Below, in pieces: positions 27,019 through 34,909 of a stretch of DNA of 64,000 bases. The position numbers were made by a program, and so were the translations under genes. The notes beneath the pieces are model-generated. The model did no database searches and was not told the DNA's origin. It was given only the letters and a program-made list of their open reading frames with translations. How positions within the stretch are numbered: position 1 is the first letter of the stretch; each line of letters starts with the position of its first letter. This stretch comes from an uncultured Dehalococcoidia bacterium (lineage in GTDB: Bacteria; Chloroflexota; Dehalococcoidia; DSTF01; RBG-16-68-14): NCBI GenBank assembly GCA_964406605.1, contig CAYOSF010000014.1:5095-69094 (forward strand), in the 5' to 3' direction.

Positions 27019-28374
27019 ATGAAACCTGAAGAACCCTCCGAGCCGGATAACTCCCTTTCAGCTGACGCCACCCGCTTGGCCATTCCTATCTCCGCGCGTC
27101 TGACAAGCGACGAGCAGTTCCGCGGATACCTGGAGACCTTGGTCTCCCTCTTGCAGCGCAGCCGCGACTCGCGGAATGACGCTCACGAACTGCTGGGAGT
27201 GCAGGTTGATATGGCGAACTTCCTCCTTTCCAGTCAGGAAGCACAAAAGCGGCTTGAGGCAGAACTGGACCGAACTCCCTCCCACGCATCGCGCGAACGG
27301 AAGGAGTTGAAGGTGCTGATTGGCGTCTGCAAGCGTCTCCAGGGAATCGTTAGGCAGATCGCGGACGGCATAGCGTGGCGTTCACTGGCCTACGACCGAC
27401 CCGTTCTCCACCTCCTCGCCTTGAAGCCACACACAGGTCACATGGATCGATCAACAGCGATCACGGAATTCGCGCAGGCGGAGACGCACGTAGCTAGGAC
27501 CAGCGACCGTGTGGTTCTGAACGACCTGACGAACTTCCTGCGATACGGTGACTTCACGTCGGTGGGCGCTGACGGTGTGAGGATTCATGAAGTGAAGGCT
27601 GGGCGGGGAGCAGCGAAGAGCGGGCGCGCGACCAGGCAGAAGCGGAGGACGGCGGAAGTTCTTGAGTTCATAGAGCGGGGATTCACCAGGACAGAGGAAG
27701 GGTTGCGACGAATAGTCCTCCTTGATACGCAGCCGGTTTCGCATCTAGCGGCCGTAAAGAGCCTCCTTCGGGCTGCGCGGGAAGATGGCGCAGCCGAGGC
27801 GAGACTTAGCGACTGCCTGGCGGTGCAGGTCTTCGAAACCAGCGTGATGGCTGACGAGTTCGACCGCCCAAGCGCGGAGCGTCGAGCCCGGATCCACAAC
27901 CCATTCGAGCACTCGAGGGACGCAAGAGTGTTTGACACTCTCAAGCTGTTCACTCGGTTCACCTGGAACGTTGCGCCGTATTCGGTGTTTCCCATTACGG
28001 CTGACGATTCCCTGGCCATCATGACGGGAAGGTTGTGGTTGATCAGCTACTTCAACCTAGGAAACCTAGTCCGGTGCCTACGGCGACGCAATCTCCTTGT
28101 CAAGCCACCGACAAAGGAAGGATACGCCAACCTGCGAGGTCTGTTGCCTGGACAAATCGCGCGACGCGAACTGGACAACCCCTTGATGGTCTCGCGCGGG
28201 CGGCCACACCCCGTCCTGAAGATCCCCATCGCGTCTCTGACTCGCCTCTTCTATGAGTTCCTGGATGAGGAATCGTTTGCGGATGGCATCGAGGAAGAGC
28301 TAGATCTCCCAGACATCGACGAGCCGACATTTCTTCACACGGCGTTCCGCGCAGAGGCGCAACTCTGGGACTAG
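27019..28374 (+). CDS. Hypothetical protein with coiled coil and PD-(D/E)XK-like motif
   Basis: Long ORF; NDLTNFLRYGDFTSVGADGVRIHEVKAG; more A/T-ending codons than the flanking genes. Confidence 0.65.
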   Translation: MKPEEPSEPDNSLSADATRLAIPISARLTSDEQFRGYLETLVSLLQRSRDSRNDAHELLGVQVDMANFLLSSQEAQKRLEAELDRTPSHASRERKELKVLIGVCKRLQGIVRQIADGIAWRSLAYDRPVLHLLALKPHTGHMDRSTAITEFAQAETHVARTSDRVVLNDLTNFLRYGDFTSVGADGVRIHEVKAGRGAAKSGRATRQKRRTAEVLEFIERGFTRTEEGLRRIVLLDTQPVSHLAAVKSLLRAAREDGAAEARLSDCLAVQVFETSVMADEFDRPSAERRARIHNPFEHSRDARVFDTLKLFTRFTWNVAPYSVFPITADDSLAIMTGRLWLISYFNLGNLVRCLRRRNLLVKPPTKEGYANLRGLLPGQIARRELDNPLMVSRGRPHPVLKIPIASLTRLFYEFLDEESFADGIEEELDLPDIDEPTFLHTAFRAEAQLWD

Positions 28375-28444
28375 AGAACGATGGTCACCACAGACCGGCC
28401 GCGCAAGCAGCGTCTTGGTTGCGCTCCCTGGTCCATCGCGCACC

Positions 28445-30073
28445 TCACACCCGTACCGGCCGCTCACGCACGGTCCCTTCTTCGATATGAAGCGCGCTGG
28501 AGGCGTATGCCTCGACGAAGAAGCGGTCGTGGCTCACCACCAGCACCGTCCCCTCGAACGTCTCCAGCGCCTCCTCAAACGCTTCCCGCGACGCGATATC
28601 CAGGTGGTTCGTCGGCTCGTCGAGGAGCAGCAGGTTGACCCCCTGCAGCGCCAGCTTCGCCAGCGCCAGCCTCGCCCGCTGTCCGAAGCTCAGCTTGGCG
28701 GCCGGCGTGCGCACGTCTGCGGCGGTGAACAGGTAGTGGTGGAGGAAGCGGCGGAGCTCGCCCTCGTCCATCCTCGCAACCGGCCGCAGCGTCTCGACCG
28801 GATTGAGCGTCGGGTCCAGGCCCTCGTGTCCTTGCGCCAAGAGCGCGGGACGCACCCCCGCACCGATCCGGACCCGGCCGGCCTCCGGCCGTAGCTCGCC
28901 TACGATGGCGCGGAGAAGCGTCGTCTTTCCGCTGCCGTTCGGCCCCAGCAGCGCCACCCGCTCGCCGTAGCGCAGGCCGAAGTCGGCGTCCCGAAGGAGC
29001 GTCCGGCCTCCCACGCTCAAACACAGACTCTCGACCGAGAGCACGTCGTCCCCGGAGCGTGCGGCGGCCGGGACCTGCGGCCGGAGACGTGCCTCGCGCT
29101 TCGGGCGCTCCACACGTTCCTCGGAGTCCAGGAACCGCTCCAGCCTGCGTTCGGTCGTCTTCGCGTGGCGGGCGATGCGGGCCGCCCGCTTGCGATAGTG
29201 AAAATGGATGGTGGTGTTCTCGATCCGTTGCGCCCACTGCTTCAACCGCCGGATCTGGTCCCTGATCTGCCGTTCCTGTCTCTGCTGCTGGCCGTATGCC
29301 GCCCGCTGCCTCGCCAGCTCCCGCTCCTTTGCCTCCAGGAACGCCGCGTACGAACCGCCGAAGGAGCGCCAGCCGCCCCCTTCGGGCGCCAGCTCCAGGA
29401 GCGACGTGGGGATCCTCGCGAGAAGAGCGCGGTCGTGCGTGACCAGGACCAGCGCTCCCTTGAAATCGGCGAGCCAGTCCTCGAGCGCCTCGATCCCCTC
29501 CAGATCCAGGTGGTTGGTGGGCTCGTCCAGCAGCAGGACATCCGGCCGTTGCGACAGCAGCCGCGCCAGGCCGAGCCGCGTCTGCTCGCCGCCGCTGAGC
29601 GATGCGACCGGCCGGTCTCGTTCGACCGAGCCGAGTCCCCACTCATGAAGCAGCGGCTCGGTACCCATCTCGATCTTCTTCGCGACTCCGGCCAGCTCGT
29701 CCAGCGCCGAGGCATAGGCCTCCGAGAGCGAAGCCGGCGCGTCCTCCTGCCGCGCGATCAGGCCGGCGAGCCGGTTCACCTCGCACTCCAGTTCGCGCTT
29801 TCGGTCGAGCTCCGGGATGGCCGTATCGAGCCGGAGGTCCGGCTGGTCGTCGTAGCCTTGCGGCAGGTAACCGAGCTGAAGTGAGGGCGGCGACAGCGCC
29901 ACCCGGCCGGCGTCGGGCGTCTCGATCCCCACCACGATCCGAAGCAGCGTGCTCTTGCCGCAGCCGTTTGGGCCGAACACGGCCAGCCGCTCGCCGGCGT
30001 TGACGACGAACGACAGGTCACACAGGACCTCCTTGTCGCCGTACGACTTGCTGATGTTGTGCACCTGCAGCAT
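28445..30073 (-). CDS. ABC-F family ATPase, probable ribosomal protection (ARE) type
   Basis: Two NBDs (GPNGCGKS / GPNGSGKT; LLLDEPTNHLD twice), no TM, long interdomain linker QWAQRIENTTIHFHYRKRAARIARHAK. Confidence 0.92.
   Translation of the reverse strand: MLQVHNISKSYGDKEVLCDLSFVVNAGERLAVFGPNGCGKSTLLRIVVGIETPDAGRVALSPPSLQLGYLPQGYDDQPDLRLDTAIPELDRKRELECEVNRLAGLIARQEDAPASLSEAYASALDELAGVAKKIEMGTEPLLHEWGLGSVERDRPVASLSGGEQTRLGLARLLSQRPDVLLLDEPTNHLDLEGIEALEDWLADFKGALVLVTHDRALLARIPTSLLELAPEGGGWRSFGGSYAAFLEAKERELARQRAAYGQQQRQERQIRDQIRRLKQWAQRIENTTIHFHYRKRAARIARHAKTTERRLERFLDSEERVERPKREARLRPQVPAAARSGDDVLSVESLCLSVGGRTLLRDADFGLRYGERVALLGPNGSGKTTLLRAIVGELRPEAGRVRIGAGVRPALLAQGHEGLDPTLNPVETLRPVARMDEGELRRFLHHYLFTAADVRTPAAKLSFGQRARLALAKLALQGVNLLLLDEPTNHLDIASREAFEEALETFEGTVLVVSHDRFFVEAYASSALHIEEGTVRERPVRV
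28453..28479. repeat. Direct repeat copy 2, inside the ABC-F 3' end
   Basis: GTACCGGCCGCTCACGCACGGTCCCTT, encoding ...GTVRERPV on the minus strand. Confidence 0.85.
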
Positions 30074-30091
30074 GAGACACCTCGAAACGAC

Positions 30092-30119
30092 AAAAGGCCA
30101 CGAGCCTCGCTCGTGGCCT
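30092..30119 (-). terminator. Intrinsic terminator in the ABC-F leader (attenuator)
   Basis: Minus strand AGGCCACGAGC-GAG-GCTCGTGGCCT followed by TTTGTCGTTT, about 20 nt upstream of the ABC-F ATG. Confidence 0.8.
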
Positions 30120-30246
30120 CGGGGCAGTGGCCTGTTTTCGGTTCGTTACGTCCTAGACTCTGGGTCTCCGTAACCGGAGCGGAGCAACACTCTGCATGGC
30201 GCGCCCGCATGGGATACGCCGTCTGCTCCGCTTCTCATTGCCCCGG

Positions 30247-30267
30247 CTACTAGCGCATTGCCTCCTC
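30247..30267 (-). promoter_or_regulatory. Minimal uORF Met-Arg-stop-stop with strong SD
   Basis: Minus strand GAGGAGG-CA-ATG-CGC-TAG-TAG; extended -10 TGcTATCCT at 30297-30289. Confidence 0.6.
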
Positions 30268-30332
30268 GTCCCTACTGTTGTCGGTCTCAGGATAGCACAT
30301 GGAGTCAAGGGGTCAGTGCGGATCGTGGTCCT

Positions 30333-33119
30333 CTACCTCGCCCGCTCCACCTCGACGCGCACGGCGCGCTCGTTGGGGACCGGCTGCCACTCGAACGACC
30401 AATAGCGCAGGTGGCCGTAGCCGCCTGCGAAGCCCAGCCACTTCACCAGGCCCGGCTCCACGTCCTCGGCCCCCTGCCAGCGGGCGAACTGGTACGGCTC
30501 CCAGCCGTTGTACATCACCACCAGCCCCGGCGCGACGCCCGGCGCCAGCCGCGCGTGCACGCGGTACCGGCCGACATCGTTGTGAACGGTGACCGGGTCA
30601 TCGTCCGCTATGCCGCGGGCGACGGCGTCGCCCGGGTTCAGGAACACGAAGGGATGCCCTCGGTGGGTGGCGAGCATCAGCCGGTTCACCTGGTTGGTCG
30701 AGTGGCTGCTCCAGCGGTTGTGGCCGCTGATCAGCCGCAGCGGGTAGTCGCCTCCCTGTTCGGGCGGGGGCTTGTGGCAGGGCAGTTCCTCGCCCGCCTC
30801 CAGGAACCACGGATGCTCGATGTAGAACTGTGCCCGCCGCGACAGCGTCGGGTAAGGCTGTAGTCGCTCGACGTGGTTGCGGAACGGCGTCAGGGTCTCG
30901 TTCGGGGATGGGTCGGCGGCCTGCGTGAGCCCATAGGGCGAGATGCCCCAGGACAGGAATCGCATGAATCCGCGCTCTCGCATGGTCTCCATCGTCGTGC
31001 CGGGCGGCAGGTTACCGGCGACGACCGTGTCGGTCACCATCTCCTCGGCCACCTGCTCGGCGGTGAGGACGGCGCCGCCCTTGCTCAGCGACTGGAACAG
31101 GCCGGCGATGCGACGTGTCTGTCCCGACGCGTCGACGAACTCCTCGATCCCGCGGGCCGCGGCGCGCTCCTCGAGCTTCCGCGCAAGCGCCAGGGCGATC
31201 TCCCACTCGCTCTTCGACTCGCCCGCCGGCGGCACGGCGCGGTCGGAGAAAGTGATCCCCATCGACCGCGGCATCGGCATCTGGAACGACGCTTTCTCGT
31301 AATGCTGCGCCGCCGGCAGCACGACGTCCGAGTGCATCGCCGTAGTGGACATGCGCCAGTCGCCGGTGACGACCAGCTTCAGCTTGGGCCACAACTCCCT
31401 CAGCAGCAGCCGCTGGCCGCCGCGCGTCCGCCGCAGGAAGTTGCCGCCGCACTCAACGAGCACGCGGGGCTCCACGTCCGCCGCGGGCCGGGCCGACGGC
31501 CACCACCCCGACTCTTCGGCCTCCCGCACGTACTCGTCGAACGTCCGCTTCATCGACGGATCGGTCCACCGACGCCAGCGCTCCGCGTGGCCGGTGTGCC
31601 GGTGCCAGAAGAAGGCGGGAGGCGACGAGCCGCCGCCCTGCCCCAGGCGCTGCGACAGCTCGACGGATGCGATCTCGTCCGTCATCGTCGGATCCTCGGC
31701 CCGGATGGCATCGACCATCGCGCGGCGGGCGGCCAGGACTTGGCGGGCCGCCTCGGGGCCGGCGGCGGGCTTCATGCCGAATACGAACGCCCCGTCGAAG
31801 CCGGCCACCGCCCACTGGTGAAAGCCGGTCCCTTTGCGGCCCCAGTTGCCGGTGAGGCCCGCGAGGAGCGCGTAGGAGCGCTGGATCAGGTCGCCGTGGA
31901 AGTACTTGCCGGAGGTCAGTCCCAGCAGGAAATTCGTGCGCCGCGCCGCCACCTTCCTGGCCAGCGATCGCACGACGTCCGGGTGGACGCCGCACAGCTC
32001 GGGCGCGCGCTCCGGCGCGTAGTCCGCCAGCCGCTCGCGGAGCGCCTCGAACACAGGCCGCACCCGCACCGTCGACCCGTCCGCCAGCGTGACGTCCCGT
32101 TCTCCCTCCAGTGCCGGCTCGACTCCGTTCGTATCAAGCGTCCCGCGGGGCGCCTCCACCGGTCTTCCGGTCCGCTCGTCCAGCCAGTAGAGCTGCGCTC
32201 CGCTACCTCCGTCCTGCATGTCCGATGCTCTCAAGTATCGGCCCGTATCGCGGCGCAGGAGCAGCGGCAGATCGGTCTGGCGCAGGACGAACTCGGGGTC
32301 GAACAGCCCCTCGTCCAGCACGACGCGACACAGGCAGAGCGCAAGCGCCGCGTCACAGCCGGCCCGGACGGGCACGTACCGGTCGGCGTGTGTTGCCGAC
32401 GGCGAGCAGTCCGGCGCAATTGTCACCACCTCGCAGCCCTGATAGCGGGCCTCCGCGATGAAGTGGTACTGCGTGATCCAGGTGTAGACGGGGTTGGCGC
32501 AGGCGATAAGAATCAGCTCCGAGTGGAACCAGTCGTCCGCGCTGGCCATCGAGTTGAACTTGCCGAAGGTGAGGTAGAGACCGGGCCCAAAGTCGTTGAT
32601 GTTGGCGTTGACGTCGGTCTGCACCGCTCCCAGGTGCCCGAAGACAGAGCCGAACAACGTGGTCGCCAGGAGGCCGCCTTGGGCCGGCGTCCCCTCGTAG
32701 ATGATGGAATCCGGTCCCGCCTCTTGGAGCGCGTCCAGGAGGCCGTCCGCCACGACACTCAGGGCCTCGTCCCAGGACACCCGCCTCCAGCGGCCACCTC
32801 CCCGCTCTCCATCCCGGAGCAGCGGACACAGCACCCGCTCCGGCGCATCCAGCATCCGGCTCCAGGCGACGCCCTTCTGGCAGCCGCTGGGGTTCATGTC
32901 CGGCACGCCCTCCTCGACCGTGTCGAACACGCCGGACTGCTCCTCGCGGACGACCCGATCGCCCACGATGTACGCCTTGAACGGACACGCCTCCGGGTAG
33001 CAATCGACGCAGTGCGTCACCGAGGCGACGCGCTCCCACTTCCACATGTCGCGGTAGCGATCGAACGTCGTCCGCACGTCGACGGACTTCGATATTCGGG
33101 ATAGCTGTTTCTTGCTCAA
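30333..33119 (-). CDS. Type II DMSO-reductase-family molybdoenzyme alpha subunit (EbdA/S25dA-like), paralog 3, orphan
   Basis: VTHCVDCYPEAC...MNPSGCQKG, DVNANINDF, KYFHGDL, YPTLSRRAQFYIEH, GHNRWSSH. TTG start after GGAGG; no Tat motif. Confidence 0.93.
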   Translation of the reverse strand: MSKKQLSRISKSVDVRTTFDRYRDMWKWERVASVTHCVDCYPEACPFKAYIVGDRVVREEQSGVFDTVEEGVPDMNPSGCQKGVAWSRMLDAPERVLCPLLRDGERGGGRWRRVSWDEALSVVADGLLDALQEAGPDSIIYEGTPAQGGLLATTLFGSVFGHLGAVQTDVNANINDFGPGLYLTFGKFNSMASADDWFHSELILIACANPVYTWITQYHFIAEARYQGCEVVTIAPDCSPSATHADRYVPVRAGCDAALALCLCRVVLDEGLFDPEFVLRQTDLPLLLRRDTGRYLRASDMQDGGSGAQLYWLDERTGRPVEAPRGTLDTNGVEPALEGERDVTLADGSTVRVRPVFEALRERLADYAPERAPELCGVHPDVVRSLARKVAARRTNFLLGLTSGKYFHGDLIQRSYALLAGLTGNWGRKGTGFHQWAVAGFDGAFVFGMKPAAGPEAARQVLAARRAMVDAIRAEDPTMTDEIASVELSQRLGQGGGSSPPAFFWHRHTGHAERWRRWTDPSMKRTFDEYVREAEESGWWPSARPAADVEPRVLVECGGNFLRRTRGGQRLLLRELWPKLKLVVTGDWRMSTTAMHSDVVLPAAQHYEKASFQMPMPRSMGITFSDRAVPPAGESKSEWEIALALARKLEERAAARGIEEFVDASGQTRRIAGLFQSLSKGGAVLTAEQVAEEMVTDTVVAGNLPPGTTMETMRERGFMRFLSWGISPYGLTQAADPSPNETLTPFRNHVERLQPYPTLSRRAQFYIEHPWFLEAGEELPCHKPPPEQGGDYPLRLISGHNRWSSHSTNQVNRLMLATHRGHPFVFLNPGDAVARGIADDDPVTVHNDVGRYRVHARLAPGVAPGLVVMYNGWEPYQFARWQGAEDVEPGLVKWLGFAGGYGHLRYWSFEWQPVPNERAVRVEVERAR

Positions 33120-33259
33120 GCGCACCTCCAACGGCCGATGGCTCCGAGCGCCCTCTTTCAAGACGCGGACATGGTATCACCGCAGGCCCGCCAGCGGTGG
33201 GGACACGGCGGCAACGGACGCCAAGCGGCCAACCTGGCGTTTCTCCGGCAGATCCTGGA

Positions 33260-33308
33260 TGACAAGTCGCTGCTATACTTGCGTGACAAGATGCTGCATA
33301 CTAGTATG
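33260..33308. repeat. Tandem imperfect direct repeat plus 12-bp palindrome in a divergent promoter region
   Basis: TGACAAGTCGCTGCTATACT (33260-33279) and TGACAAGATGCTGC-ATACT (33284-33302); CATACTAGTATG (33297-33308). Confidence 0.65.
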
Positions 33309-33525
33309 TAAACCTGTGGCCAGTGCCGAGCGGCCGGTCTCAAGGTTCCTGGCAGATCCGCTCGGGTTCGGCTTTGAAGGTTCGCAGGCCGGGTGCTAGG
33401 ACAGGTACCCGTCTTGTAGCCCAGGATGGGGCTGGCCTTTCCGCGTGGACCGCGCGGGCGGGGCAGCAAGCAGGGCGATGGCCGAGGGAATTCGGCCATG
33501 CGGCCCGGAGGGAGATGACGATCGC

Positions 33526-34113
33526 ATGACAACTGTGGACAAGTTGCCGGCCTTGGCCAAGAAGGGCCTCACCCAAGCGGAAGCGGCCAGGAAGTTGGGC
33601 GTTTCTCGGCAGCGCGTGAGTCAACTCGTGGCCAAACTCCGTCTGAAGTTCAGAACCTATGCTCGACCCGTGAAGACAGCCCGCCTGGCCGCGCTCGCGA
33701 AGCGGGGGCTGACACAGACGGAGACCGCCAAGCAGCTCGGGGTGTCTCAGCAGCGCGTCAGCAAACTGGCCTCAGAGCACGGCATCACCTTCTCGCCGCT
33801 GTCGATGAGGCCGAGGGCTCCTACCACCAAGCTCGGAAAGGTGATGCAGGGGGCAAGGCTGAAGCACGGCTACAGCTACACGAAGCTCGCCGCCCTATCG
33901 GGCCTTGACCGCCACCACATCACCGCCATCGAGGTGGGGCGCGTGAAGCGGCCTACCCCCAGAACGCTGCGTTCGCTGGCGAAGTGCCTCCGGCCCCACA
34001 CGTCCTATGCGGACCTCGCGAAGGCCGCCCAGGCCAAGGACGGCACGGGCCGCCGGGCAGCCAGCAAGAAGAGGCAGCGCACCGGCTCTCGCACGAGGAA
34101 AGCGAAGCGGTAG
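33526..34113 (+). CDS. Triple helix-turn-helix DNA-binding protein (2 tandem HTH repeats plus Xre HTH)
   Basis: LAKKGLTQAEAARKLGVSRQRVSQL and LAKRGLTQTETAKQLGVSQQRVSKL repeats; GYSYTKLAALSGLDRHHITAIEVGRVKRPT; basic tail. Confidence 0.8.
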   Translation: MTTVDKLPALAKKGLTQAEAARKLGVSRQRVSQLVAKLRLKFRTYARPVKTARLAALAKRGLTQTETAKQLGVSQQRVSKLASEHGITFSPLSMRPRAPTTKLGKVMQGARLKHGYSYTKLAALSGLDRHHITAIEVGRVKRPTPRTLRSLAKCLRPHTSYADLAKAAQAKDGTGRRAASKKRQRTGSRTRKAKR

Positions 34114-34134
34114 GGTCTTACCCCGACGAGACGC

Positions 34135-34824
34135 TCAAACCAGCTCGGCCTGAACGGCTTCCGACAGCAGGTCCGGGTCGTCGTTCCGAACGTTGTTCAC
34201 TCGCTTCGAGACCGGCTTCGCCGCGAGCAGCTCGTTGGGTGCCGGGACGAGGAGCGCCTGAAGCCGCTCCGCGTCGGTGTGCCCTGAGAACATCCACTCG
34301 TCAGCTTTCTCATCCGGCAGAATGACCGGCATCCGGTCATGGAAGCGCCCGACAGCGTCGTTCGCATCGGTGGTGATGATGGTGAACGTGGGCTCCCACT
34401 GGTCCGGCTCCGGTTGCCACGACTCATAGAGCCCAGCGAACAGGATCAGGCCCCCGTCCGGCCGGTGAAACCAGAGCGGCTGCCGCGCGCCCTTCCGCCC
34501 GGCCCACTCGAAGAAGCCGTCTGCCGGCACGACACAGCGCCGCTTCTTGAACGCGTCGCGGAAGGCGGGACGCCGCCCCACGGTCTCTGCCCGTGCGTTG
34601 ATCTGCTTGGGCCCCTCGTTCCGGTCCTTCGCCCAGTGGTTGATCAAGCCCCACCGCGCTTGCAGAACGGCGCGGTCTTCGTGCTCCATCCGCAGCACCA
34701 GGTGAGTCTGGCCGGGCGCGATGTTGTAGCGAGGCCGGTAGTCCCGCAGCGCCTCGGCCGGCACGCCGAGCTCGGCAGCCAGTTCGTCGGCTTCCCGCCT
34801 GGTGAGGGTGAAGCGACCACACAT
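34135..34824 (-). CDS. SOS response-associated peptidase (SRAP/YedK, abasic-site protection)
   Basis: N-terminal MCGRF, RYNIAP, INARAET, RRCVVPADGFFEW, HDRMPVIL. Confidence 0.95.
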   Translation of the reverse strand: MCGRFTLTRREADELAAELGVPAEALRDYRPRYNIAPGQTHLVLRMEHEDRAVLQARWGLINHWAKDRNEGPKQINARAETVGRRPAFRDAFKKRRCVVPADGFFEWAGRKGARQPLWFHRPDGGLILFAGLYESWQPEPDQWEPTFTIITTDANDAVGRFHDRMPVILPDEKADEWMFSGHTDAERLQALLVPAPNELLAAKPVSKRVNNVRNDDPDLLSEAVQAELV

Positions 34825-34909
34825 CCCACTCGAGTGTACCAGGGCCAGGGTGAAGGAGACTACGTTTTGCTGCCCGGAGGCACGGGGCGCCCCGGTGTTC
34901 GGCGCGCGC

